Assembly: GCA_039683575.1 (NCBI GenBank)
Contig: JBDKRC010000277.1
Span: 1-50,213 of the forward strand
DNA from: Armatimonadia bacterium
GTDB taxonomy: Bacteria > Armatimonadota > Zipacnadia > Zipacnadales > UBA11051
Reading direction: 5' to 3'
DNA: 50,213 nucleotides
Shown here: piece after piece, positions 36,457 to 45,676 of the stretch
Numbering within the stretch: position 1 is the first letter of the stretch
Layout: each line of letters starts with the position of its first letter
Program-made: the position numbers and the translations under genes
Notes under the pieces: model-generated
Databases searched by the model: none
What the model was told of the DNA's origin: nothing
The model's input: the letters and a program-made list of their open reading frames with translations, nothing else

Positions 36457-39400
36457 CCAACGCCTCCAGGTGCTTGGACACATGGTCCGCCAGGGTCTCG
36501 ACGAAGGGGCTATGCATCATTCGCCCATGTATCCCCCGAACCGGGACCACCTCGACCCGGCCCTTCACAAGCTTGTTCCAGTCCATCGTCGGGTCGTGGG
36601 TGCAGAAGATGCTCTGCTGACGTGAACGGAACACCACCACGTCTCCCTCATATGGTTGCGGCTCATTGGCCCGGATGATGGCATCCAACCTGCGCCAGCG
36701 TTCCGGCTGATTCGAGGGGTCAGGCATCTCGGAACGTGGTTGGTAACCCATCCGCATGGCCAGCTCACGCAGCCGGTTCCGCCACTCGTGCCGTCGCTCG
36801 TGAGCAGTGAGGTACCTGTCATAGGCAAATGAGAATGGCAGGTCGGCCAGAGCCTGCAGCGGGTGGCGGACCGCGAGCAGGCCACGTGGACGGCGGTATG
36901 CCTCCAGGTCCACCGGGAAGTCTACCAGTCCCACGAAACCGACCTCTCGGCCCTGTGCTCGCAGTTGCCGGGCCATTTCGTAGGCCACCTTGGCGGCCTG
37001 CGAGTATCCCAGCAGGTGGTAGGGGCCCTCGGGCTGCAACTCCGTTAGCGAGCGCACGTAGCCCTTTGCGAGCGACACCAGAGTCACCTCGGGGTCGTCC
37101 AGACCGTCCTCCGGAGCTCGGACACCATAGACGGGGCGGTCGGGAGTGAGGTGTTTCGACATCAGAACGTAGCAGAAGACCTCCCCCGTCTCATGGTGGG
37201 CGCAAAAGAGGGACGGTCGCTGGCCCTCCGGCCTTATGGGCACGAGGCAGTGGGAATCCAGCAGCCCCTCCTCGGCGATGAGCGCCTGGGCGAAACGCCG
37301 GATCGTTGGGGCCCGGAACAGCAGGGGCAGTGGCGGCGCGTATCCCGTCTGCTCCCGCAGGCGCGCGAACAGCCGCGCTGCCAGTAGCGAGTGCCCCCCC
37401 AGCGTAAAGAAGCTATCATCCAGCCCGACCTGCTCGACCTCCAGCGTTTCGGCCCATAGCCCCTGAAGCTGACGCTCAAGCCGCGTCCCGCCGTCATCCG
37501 CGACACAGACCTTGGCGGAGGTAACCTCCGGAGCCGGTAAGGCATCGGTATCCAGCTTGCCGCTGGGGCGCAGCGGCAGCGCCTCCAGGAACGTGATGAA
37601 GGAGGGCAGCATGAACTCCGGTAGCCGCTGCCGCAGGTGTTCGCGCAAATCCTCGGCGGTCGCCTCGGCTGCGGGCGAAAGCGCCACGTAAGCCGCCAAC
37701 GTAGGCCCCCCAGGCGCCTCCTGCCACACGATCACTCCCGCCTGCTGAACCGCCGGGTGCTCCTGCAGCGCCGCCTGCACCTCCTCCAACTCGACCCGGC
37801 AGCCCCTGACCTTCACCTGCGAGTCTGCGCGTCCCAGGAAATGCAGGCTGCCGTCAGGGTTGTACTTCACGAAGTCGCCGGTGCGGTACATCCGGGCTCC
37901 CGGCATCTTGCGGAAGGGATCAGGGAGGAAGCGCTCGCTCATGAGATCCGGGCGGTTCAGGTACCCTCTGGCCACTCCCACTCCTCCGATGTACAACTCC
38001 CCGCGACTACCCAGGGGCACAGGGTTCCGGTGTTTGTCGAGAACGTAGAGCTGCGTGTTGGCCACAGCCCGTCCGATGGTTGGGTGCTCCTCACACTCGC
38101 GCGGTAGCAGGTCTGAAGTTGAGACTACTGTCGTTTCGGTCGGGCCGTATTGATTTACCACCCGCTGCACGCCTGCGGCGTACAGTCGGCGTACCAGAGA
38201 GCCAGGCGCGCACTCGCCGCCCAGGATGACTGTGTGTAGGGTCTTGGGCAGTGCGCCCTGGCGCAGCAGTTCGATCAAGGCCGACGGCACGGCATCGATC
38301 AGCGTCACGGGACGTTTTGGCGGTCTGAAGATCAGGTCCAGCAGACTCTCGGGTATGATCAGGCACCCGCCCATGCTCAGAGCCACGAAGACCAGCCACG
38401 GCCCAACATCGAAGGAGATCGAGGTAGTGTGCAGCGTGCCCGCCACGACTTCCGGCGAGTAGATGACCTCGCGCATGCCGCTCAGCAGTGACACGCAGCC
38501 GCGGTGAGGCACGGCCACGCCCTTGGGCTTGCCAGTAGACCCCGAGGTATACGTGACGTATGCGATCTGGTCGGGATGGAAGCTCGGTCGCACCGGCGGG
38601 TGCCCTGGCGGCAGATTCCAGCTCTCCGGCTCAGGCACCAGGACCTTCACGCCGTCTGGAAGCACGCAATCCGGCGGTAGCCCGGTGGAGGAGACTACCA
38701 CCTTGGCCCCGGCATCCTCGACCATGAAGGCCAGGCGGTCGCCGGGGAAGGCCGGGTCAAGTGGCAGGCATGCGCCGCCGGCCTTGAGCGTGGCCATGAA
38801 GGACACCGGCAGATCAAGGGTCCGTGTCACGTGCAATCCGACCGGATCATCCGGTTTCACCCCCAACTCTACCAGTCGGGCCGCCAGAGCCTCTGACCGC
38901 TGATCCAACTCCTCATAGGTCAGCGTGTCGTCCCCGCAGGACGCCGCGGCGGCCCGTGGAGTCCGCCGCGCCTGTTCCCTAAACAGGTCGTGAACCCCCA
39001 GGTGCGCCGGATACGCATGATCCGTCGCGTTGAACTCAACCAGCAGTTGGTGGCGTTCGGCCGGAGTCAGCAACGGCAACTCGGAGACCCGCCGCTCCGG
39101 GTCCTGGGCGATCCCTGCCAGCAGAACCTCGTAGTGTCTCATCAGGCGCCGGATCGTGCCTTCGGCGAACAGGTTGCGGTTGTAGTCAACCCTGGCTTCG
39201 AAACCACCGTCGGCCTCGGCCAGTTCGATGGTCAGGTCAAACAGCGCAGGGTAGTAGGGAGCCGGAACGGGAAGCCATTGCAGTCCCCCCGCCTGCGCGT
39301 CCGCCTGTGGTAGGTGCGCCAGTTGGAGCAGCACCTGAAATAGCGGAGAACGGCTGGTATCGCGGCTGACGCCCAGTTCCTGGACCAGATGCTCGAAAGG

Positions 39401-40456
39401 CATTTCCTGGTGCGCAATTGCCTGAAGTGATCTCTGGCGTTGTCGCTCCAGAAACTCGCTGAAAGTGGGATCTCCGCTGAAGTCTGCCCGCAGCACGAGC
39501 ATGTTAATGAACGGCCCTATCAGAGGCTCGAGTTCCACATGCGTTCGCCCGGCCACTGGAAACCCGATGGTGAGGTCATCCTGGTCCGTATGGCGGTGCA
39601 GCAGCACCTGCAGGGCTGCTGCAAGCGTGGTGAAGAGGGTAGTGCGGCGGGCGCGGCTGAAGCTTTTGACGGCTGATATCAGTTCCTGGGGCATGCAATA
39701 CCGCACTCGCGCCCCGTCGAAAGTCTGCTCCATGGAGCGGGGGTAGTCCGTCGGCAGCTCCAGGGGCGCCACTCCTTCCAGTTCGTCACGCCAAAACGAC
39801 ATCAAACGATCCCGCATCTCCCCGCCGACTCTCTCGCGTTGCCAGACCGCGAAATCCGAGTACTGTATCGGCATTACCGGCAGATCTGGTGGCCTGTTCT
39901 GCACCGCCGCCTCGTACAGTTCCCCCATATCTCGCATCAATACGGAACGAGACCAGCCATCCCAGCACGTGTGATGCAGAGCCACCAGCAGCAGATGCTC
40001 ATCAGGCTGCAGTTTGACCAGTTCGGCCCGCATTGGGGGATGGGTCAGGTCAAAAGGCGCGCGGGTCGCGCTTTCGGCCAGCATCATCGCTCGTTGCTCC
40101 CGCTCTTCGCAGGGCAGCGATGTCAAATCGGTGACGGGTAGATCGATAGGGGAGAAGGGCTGGACCACCTGAAGCAATCCACCAGCACTGCTCTCGAATC
40201 TGGTGCGCAACATCTCGTGTCGCTCTCGAACCTGATTGAAAGCCGTTTCCAGCGCCGGCAGATTGAGGGGGCCCTTGAGCCGTGTGAACGCCGTACAGTT
40301 GTACAGGCAACTCCCGGCATCGTACTGGCTCATGAACCAGAGCCGTTCCTGGCTAGACGATGCAGGCGCTGTCGCGATCGCCTCCGGCCGCCGAGGAATC
40401 TGCATTCTAGACGGTTCTACCGCAACTTGCCCCGCCTGTTGTGCTTGGATCGTCAT
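36443..40456 (-). CDS. Non-ribosomal peptide synthetase module C-A-PCP-TE
   Basis: C: SQERLWF, RHEMLRT, HHTCWDGWS. A: YTSGSTGKPKG, NQYGPTE, GELYIGG.GVARGY, YRTGD, SGKLD. PCP: FFTLGGHSLLA. TE: GPYHLLGYSQA and a C-terminal His (GIHG). Confidence 0.96.
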   Translation of the reverse strand: MTIQAQQAGQVAVEPSRMQIPRRPEAIATAPASSSQERLWFMSQYDAGSCLYNCTAFTRLKGPLNLPALETAFNQVRERHEMLRTRFESSAGGLLQVVQPFSPIDLPVTDLTSLPCEEREQRAMMLAESATRAPFDLTHPPMRAELVKLQPDEHLLLVALHHTCWDGWSRSVLMRDMGELYEAAVQNRPPDLPVMPIQYSDFAVWQRERVGGEMRDRLMSFWRDELEGVAPLELPTDYPRSMEQTFDGARVRYCMPQELISAVKSFSRARRTTLFTTLAAALQVLLHRHTDQDDLTIGFPVAGRTHVELEPLIGPFINMLVLRADFSGDPTFSEFLERQRQRSLQAIAHQEMPFEHLVQELGVSRDTSRSPLFQVLLQLAHLPQADAQAGGLQWLPVPAPYYPALFDLTIELAEADGGFEARVDYNRNLFAEGTIRRLMRHYEVLLAGIAQDPERRVSELPLLTPAERHQLLVEFNATDHAYPAHLGVHDLFREQARRTPRAAAASCGDDTLTYEELDQRSEALAARLVELGVKPDDPVGLHVTRTLDLPVSFMATLKAGGACLPLDPAFPGDRLAFMVEDAGAKVVVSSTGLPPDCVLPDGVKVLVPEPESWNLPPGHPPVRPSFHPDQIAYVTYTSGSTGKPKGVAVPHRGCVSLLSGMREVIYSPEVVAGTLHTTSISFDVGPWLVFVALSMGGCLIIPESLLDLIFRPPKRPVTLIDAVPSALIELLRQGALPKTLHTVILGGECAPGSLVRRLYAAGVQRVVNQYGPTETTVVSTSDLLPRECEEHPTIGRAVANTQLYVLDKHRNPVPLGSRGELYIGGVGVARGYLNRPDLMSERFLPDPFRKMPGARMYRTGDFVKYNPDGSLHFLGRADSQVKVRGCRVELEEVQAALQEHPAVQQAGVIVWQEAPGGPTLAAYVALSPAAEATAEDLREHLRQRLPEFMLPSFITFLEALPLRPSGKLDTDALPAPEVTSAKVCVADDGGTRLERQLQGLWAETLEVEQVGLDDSFFTLGGHSLLAARLFARLREQTGYAPPLPLLFRAPTIRRFAQALIAEEGLLDSHCLVPIRPEGQRPSLFCAHHETGEVFCYVLMSKHLTPDRPVYGVRAPEDGLDDPEVTLVSLAKGYVRSLTELQPEGPYHLLGYSQAAKVAYEMARQLRAQGREVGFVGLVDFPVDLEAYRRPRGLLAVRHPLQALADLPFSFAYDRYLTAHERRHEWRNRLRELAMRMGYQPRSEMPDPSNQPERWRRLDAIIRANEPQPYEGDVVVFRSRQQSIFCTHDPTMDWNKLVKGRVEVVPVRGIHGRMMHSPFVETLADHVSKHLEALDGQH

Positions 40457-42213
40457 GCCTTCACCGCACTCGCCTGAACCAACGCCGCTTGCTCTGCGAC
40501 GGTTGGCCGGTCAAAGAACTCGATCACAGACAAATCCTGCTCAAATGCCACTCTGGCCCGTGCGATGACGCGTGCTGCCAGTAGTGAATCTCCCCCGAGT
40601 TCCAGAAAGTCTTCATTCACCCCGACAAGCTCGAGGCCAAGCACCTCAGCCCAGATGTCCGCCAGGACCGCCTCTGTCTCGGTGCGTGGCGCTACATACT
40701 CCGTCCGTGCCGCCTGCTGCTTCCGGTCCACGGCGCCAAGCCCCAGCCTCTCAGCCAGACCGATTCGCTCCAGTTTCCCAGTAGCGCTGCGCGGCAGTTC
40801 ATCCAGGAACACGATGCGCCGAGGCACTTTGAAGTCTGCCAGCCGTTCGGCTACTGCCAGCCTCAGCGACAATTCATCCACCTGGACGCCCTCGCGTGGC
40901 ACCACTGCTGCGCCCACGTCCTCGCCCAGAATCGGATCCGGTATGGCGAAAGTCACGGCCTCAGCGACCGCGGGATGCCTCAGCAAAGCGTCGTCCACCT
41001 CGCAGGGCGAGATCTTCTCGCCGCCGCGGTTGATCATCTCCTTGAGGCGCCCGCACACAAACAGGTAGCCCTCCTCGTCCAGATACCCCTCGTCTCCGGT
41101 CCGCAGCCACCCGTCGCGGAACACGCTCGCGTTGGCCTCGGGGTTGCCCTCGTAGCCGGACATGACGTTCTCGCCACGGATGACGATCTCGCCGATCTGC
41201 CCCGGCGGCAGGATCTCGCCCTGCTCGCCCATGGTAGCGATCGCGGTCCCGATAGGTTGCCCTACGGAGCCTGGTTTGTGTTTCGCCCCGGGCAAATGGC
41301 CCGCTGAGGTGCTGGCCTCCGTCAGGCCATAGAAGTCCAGGACCGGAACACCCCACGTCTGCTCCATCTCAGCCATAGTTGGCGTCGGCATGGGCGCTGA
41401 GGCAGAACGTATGAATCGAAAGGGGCGCGCCGCCACCACCTGCGGATAGCGCGCTGCCTGTCTCAGGATCGCCTGGTGCACGGTCGGAGAGGCCGTGTAC
41501 CACGTTGGCCTCAGTTCCTGCACCCAGCCGAAGAACTCCGGAGCGCTAAACGCCGTGCAGGCTATGCCTCCGCCGGCAAACAGTGACCCGAGAAGAACCG
41601 CTATCCCATGCATATGGAACAATGGCATAACACAGAGGCAAAGGTCGGCTGGCGTCAATGCCATAGAGGACGCCTTGTTCTCGGCCACAGCCAGGAGATT
41701 GCGGTGCCTGAGCGGCACAAGCCGGGGGCGGTCGGTAGTGCCGGAGGTGTGCAACAGCACCGCGATGTCGTCCGATCCCGCCTCCAGCGGCATGCGATAC
41801 CCGCCTCCCTGATCATCCGGTCGTAGGTCGCCTACCTCAGATACCTCGATTCCCAACTCGTCTGCCGCCTCGCGCACCGCATCCCCAACCCCCATCCCGG
41901 TGATCACTCTCCTGGCCTTCACGTCTGACAGGTAGAACAGAAACTCCTCCCGGCGGTAGCGCGGGTTCAGCGGTGCGCATCCGAAGGCCGCGGACACTGC
42001 CAGGATTGCCACCGTCAGTTCAGGGCCATCGGGAAGCACCACCGCCACTCGCTCCCCTGCCTGCAGCCCCGTCCTCGCCAGCGTGCCCGCCAGGAGTTCA
42101 GCTCGCTCCAGCAGTTCAGCATAGGACAGGGGCGCCTGCCCCGGCGCGGCAATAGCGAGCGCTTCCGGCCGCACCGACGCCTGCTCTCGCAAGATGTCCC
42201 CGATGTTCTTCAT
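40453..42213 (-). CDS. Acyl-AMP ligase (oxalate--CoA ligase-like) fused to a carrier protein; NRPS loading didomain
   Basis: LHTSGTTDRPR.VPL.H.NL, MPLFHMHG, PTWYTASPTVHQ, FIRSASAP, INRGGEKISP.EVD, TGKL, PCP FLELGGDSLLA. ATGA overlap with the NRPS; GGAGG RBS. Confidence 0.9.
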   Translation of the reverse strand: MKNIGDILREQASVRPEALAIAAPGQAPLSYAELLERAELLAGTLARTGLQAGERVAVVLPDGPELTVAILAVSAAFGCAPLNPRYRREEFLFYLSDVKARRVITGMGVGDAVREAADELGIEVSEVGDLRPDDQGGGYRMPLEAGSDDIAVLLHTSGTTDRPRLVPLRHRNLLAVAENKASSMALTPADLCLCVMPLFHMHGIAVLLGSLFAGGGIACTAFSAPEFFGWVQELRPTWYTASPTVHQAILRQAARYPQVVAARPFRFIRSASAPMPTPTMAEMEQTWGVPVLDFYGLTEASTSAGHLPGAKHKPGSVGQPIGTAIATMGEQGEILPPGQIGEIVIRGENVMSGYEGNPEANASVFRDGWLRTGDEGYLDEEGYLFVCGRLKEMINRGGEKISPCEVDDALLRHPAVAEAVTFAIPDPILGEDVGAAVVPREGVQVDELSLRLAVAERLADFKVPRRIVFLDELPRSATGKLERIGLAERLGLGAVDRKQQAARTEYVAPRTETEAVLADIWAEVLGLELVGVNEDFLELGGDSLLAARVIARARVAFEQDLSVIEFFDRPTVAEQAALVQASAVKA

Positions 42214-42246
42214 GCTCACACCTCCTCTCCCCTTGCTGTTACGACA

Positions 42247-42417
42247 TCAGCACGGCATCGGCGGGCGGTAGATCCAGTTCCATGCCGACATGGAACCCGC
42301 GCTCATGCCTCTCCGCATACAACCTTGCTGCTGCATGAGAGTATCCTCCGTCAGCCGCGCAGGTGCGGGGCCAGGCTTCTGACCCACGTCATGAGCAACC
42401 CCGGTCGCTACGCTCAT
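42247..42417 (-). CDS. Putative 56-aa small protein upstream of the NRPS operon
   Basis: ATG preceded by GAGGAAGAGGGA. Same strand as the A-PCP gene and ends 33 bp before its start. No recognisable family. Confidence 0.3.
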   Translation of the reverse strand: MSVATGVAHDVGQKPGPAPARLTEDTLMQQQGCMRRGMSAGSMSAWNWIYRPPMPC

Positions 42418-42988
42418 TCCCTCTTCCTCGGTGAGCAGAATCGTGCCCAAAGCGAACCACGTTGGGCGCCAGCATACTAGTGTAGCGCTGACAGTGGTTC
42501 CAGCTCCGGGCTGTTGATGGAAAAATACAAACCTCTGGTGGCCTCAGTCAGGCAGGGGCGCAGGGCGGGGATGGGTGCGGACGGGGACGCAAGCAGGGGG
42601 AAGACTCCAAGCAGGCCGGTGTCGGCGCTGGCTGTGCGTAGCAGGTCAGCCCGACAGTTAGTGCGAGGTTCGTGTGCGTCTGTGGAGGTAATTCCTGGCA
42701 AATCGCGCTGCATCCCGCGAACTCCCACGCCAAAAAACCGACCACCCTCCGACTCACTCAAGATGACGCCTTGGGAAGAGGATTGTTCGTGCTACGGCCC
42801 TCGGGCGCCATCGCAGGCCCCGCAACAGCGACGGCTCACCCACAATTGATCTTTCCCGGCGCAAACGCCGTCATAGTACCGCAACGGCTCTGCGTATGCC
42901 GGGGGGCAGCCGCTTGGCCGTGCGGGAGTTGATGGGTCTGAACTGGGTACAATTGTCATTCTGGGTTGGGGTAGGAGTTGGTGGCGGC

Positions 42989-45676
42989 ATGGTGGTGTTG
43001 CGGGAAGCTGGGGCGTACGTTGCCGCCGCCCTCACCTCTGTCGGGCCTGGTCTTGGCTTACTGATACTGGCTGCAGTGGTATTCGCCGCGGCGGGGGCGC
43101 TTGGCACCCGCCGAAAAGTTGCTCCTCGGCTCCACCTGGGTCCCTCAGCCGCTCTTCCTGTGACCACTCACGGCAAATTCCTCCGCCTTGGAGGCGAACA
43201 GTTCCTGATGCGGGGCGTCACGTACGGTCCCTTCGCTCCCGGTAGGGACGCTGCCGAGATAGTCGACGAGGACCTGGCCGCAATTGTGGCCTGCGGGATG
43301 AATACCGTCCGCACCTACAGCGTCCCCTCCCGCTCCTTTCTCGACGCGGCGTGGCGGCATGGTCTGCGCGTCATGGTGGGCCTGGCGTGGGAGCAGCACA
43401 TCGCCTTTCTTGACGACAGGCGGACCCCCGGGCGTATCCGCAAGCAAGTGCGTGCCGACGTGCAGTCCTGCGCGGGTCACCCGGCCGTGCTATGCTATGT
43501 CATTGGCAACGAGATCCCAACCTCGGTCGTACGCTGGCATGGGGCCCGGCGCGTAGAGCGCTTCTTGCAGGGGCTGTGCCGAATTGTGCGTGCAGTTGAC
43601 CCCGGTGCACTTGTTACCTACGTGAACTATCCCTCCACCGAGTACCTGCAGTTGGACTTCGTGGACTTCCTGTGCTTCAACGTCTATCTTGAGACGCAGG
43701 AGAAGCTCTCGGCATACCTGGCCCGCCTCCAGATCCTCGCCGGCGACCGCCCTCTGGTCATGGGGGAGATCGGCGTGGATAGCCGGCGCCATGGCGAAAC
43801 CGAACAGGCCGGCATGCTCGACTGGCAGGTCCGCACGGCCTTCGAAGCCGGCTGTGCGGGGGTATGCGTATTCGCCTGGACGGACGAGTGGTACCGTGGC
43901 GGTCACAGCATTGATGACTGGGACTTCGGCCTGACCGACCGTCAGCGCCGTCCCAAGCTCGCCCTCAAGTCAGTCTCCGAGGCCTTCTCCGAAGCCCCCT
44001 TCCTGCCCGGCTTCCCCTGGCCCAGTGTCTCCGTGATCGTCTGCGCCTACAACGCCGAAAAGACCATGCGCGAGTGCTGCGAGGGGCTTATGGCCCTCGA
44101 CTACCCGGACTACGAGGTCATCGTGGTCAATGACGGATCAACCGACGGTACCCGGTCCATCGCCGAGCAGTTCGATTGCCGCCTGATCAGCATCGAGAAC
44201 CAGGGCCTGAGCAATGCCCGCAACATCGGTCTCGACGCCGCTCGCGGAGATATAGTGGCCTATATCGACAGTGACGCCTACCCCGACCGGCGCTGGCTAC
44301 AGTACCTGGTTGCCGCCTTTTCCGATCCCGCCTGTGCCGCGGTGGGAGGGCCCAATCTCACTCCAGAGGACGAAACTGAGCTGGCCCACTGCGTCGGCGG
44401 CGCCCCCGGCGGGCCCATCCACATTCTTCTCTCCGATTCAGAAGCGGAGCACATCCCGGGCTGCAACATGGCCTTCCGCCGGGGGATCCTGTCCGGCATC
44501 GGAGGCTTTGACCCCCAATTCCGCATCGCGGGGGATGACGTCGACGTCTGTTGGCGTCTGCGGGATGCCGGCTGGAAGCTGGGCTTCAGCCCCAGCGCCC
44601 TGGTCTGGCACCACCCCCGTGGCTCCATCCGCGCCTATTGGAACCAACAGCGCCGCTACGGTGAAGCCGAGGCGATGTTGCAGCGGAAGTGGCCAGCCAA
44701 GTACAGCCGCTTTGGCCATCCAGCCTGGCAGGGCCGCCTGTACTGCGACACCCATCGCCGCCGCCTGTCCTGGTCCCCGTGGCGCGTCTACCATGGTATA
44801 TGGGGCAGCGCGCCCTTCCAGGCGCTCTACGCGCCCGAACACGGCTCGCTGCGGATGCTGACCCTGATGCCGGAGTGGTACCTGGTCGTATTCGCCCTGT
44901 TCATGCTGTCCCTGATGGGCTTCGCATGGCGCCCATTGTTCCTCTTCGTGCCAGCCCTGCTGTTGGCGCTGGCCATTCCGGTGGCTGATGCGGCTGCCGG
45001 CATGCCGCGTATGGCCCAACGCAGCGGCGGCGCCCCTCCACAGCGCTGGCACTGGCGCCTTCTGGCCGCCTCTCTCCACTTGCTGCAGCCCTTGGCACGC
45101 CTGATAGGCCGCCTGCAAAGGGGAGCGGTACCGTGGGGCTGGCGTTCAATGTCGGGCTTTACCTGGCCTAAGGCCATGCAGTTCACGCTCTGGAGCGAGG
45201 GCTGGCAGGACCCCACCGCGTGGGTCTCCGCAGTCGAACGCGCCCTCAAGGCCAAAGGCTTAACCGTGCTTTGCGGGGGCGACTACGACCGCTGGGACCT
45301 CGAGGTCACTGGCGGCGTATTCGGCTCGGCCCGCGCCCGCGTCCTGGTCGAAGAGCATGGTGCGGGCCGCCAACTGCTGAGAGTCCGTGCCTGGCCGCTG
45401 CGCGCTTCGTCAGTGGCCGGCCTCGTACTGCTGTGCCTTGCCATCCCGGCCAACCTCGCCGCACTCAGCGGTGCCTGGACCGCCGCCTTCATGCTCTTGG
45501 TGGTCGCGGTGCTGCTCGCCGTGATCATGGCGCAACAATCGGCCTTTGCCCTGGCTGCCATCCGCGACGCCCTTGAGAGCCTGCGGGGCGAGAGCACCAC
45601 ATCTCAGACAGTCACCTACACTACGAAGCCGGGGAGGGAAGATGTCGAAGCACGCCTTGGTCATGGGGTGGTTTAG
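42989..45676 (+). CDS. Glycoside hydrolase (clan GH-A TIM barrel) - GT2 glycosyltransferase fusion with membrane helices
   Basis: RGVTYGPF, GMNTVRTY, IGNE (acid/base), MGEIG (nucleophile), FAWTDEW. GT2: VIVCAYNA, NDGSTD, YIDSD, GDDVD, QQRRY. Hydrophobic helices at both ends. Start codon uncertain. Confidence 0.88.
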   Translation: MVVLREAGAYVAAALTSVGPGLGLLILAAVVFAAAGALGTRRKVAPRLHLGPSAALPVTTHGKFLRLGGEQFLMRGVTYGPFAPGRDAAEIVDEDLAAIVACGMNTVRTYSVPSRSFLDAAWRHGLRVMVGLAWEQHIAFLDDRRTPGRIRKQVRADVQSCAGHPAVLCYVIGNEIPTSVVRWHGARRVERFLQGLCRIVRAVDPGALVTYVNYPSTEYLQLDFVDFLCFNVYLETQEKLSAYLARLQILAGDRPLVMGEIGVDSRRHGETEQAGMLDWQVRTAFEAGCAGVCVFAWTDEWYRGGHSIDDWDFGLTDRQRRPKLALKSVSEAFSEAPFLPGFPWPSVSVIVCAYNAEKTMRECCEGLMALDYPDYEVIVVNDGSTDGTRSIAEQFDCRLISIENQGLSNARNIGLDAARGDIVAYIDSDAYPDRRWLQYLVAAFSDPACAAVGGPNLTPEDETELAHCVGGAPGGPIHILLSDSEAEHIPGCNMAFRRGILSGIGGFDPQFRIAGDDVDVCWRLRDAGWKLGFSPSALVWHHPRGSIRAYWNQQRRYGEAEAMLQRKWPAKYSRFGHPAWQGRLYCDTHRRRLSWSPWRVYHGIWGSAPFQALYAPEHGSLRMLTLMPEWYLVVFALFMLSLMGFAWRPLFLFVPALLLALAIPVADAAAGMPRMAQRSGGAPPQRWHWRLLAASLHLLQPLARLIGRLQRGAVPWGWRSMSGFTWPKAMQFTLWSEGWQDPTAWVSAVERALKAKGLTVLCGGDYDRWDLEVTGGVFGSARARVLVEEHGAGRQLLRVRAWPLRASSVAGLVLLCLAIPANLAALSGAWTAAFMLLVVAVLLAVIMAQQSAFALAAIRDALESLRGESTTSQTVTYTTKPGREDVEARLGHGVV

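Noticed and set aside
42247-42417. MbtH-like protein or lasso/RiPP precursor
   Set aside because: Lacks the MbtH N.E.Q.S.WP/P.GW pattern, and no RiPP maturases are adjacent.
42477-42932. Short ORFs in the NRPS-glycan intergenic region
   Set aside because: No convincing RBS, low-complexity translations, and they overlap one another.
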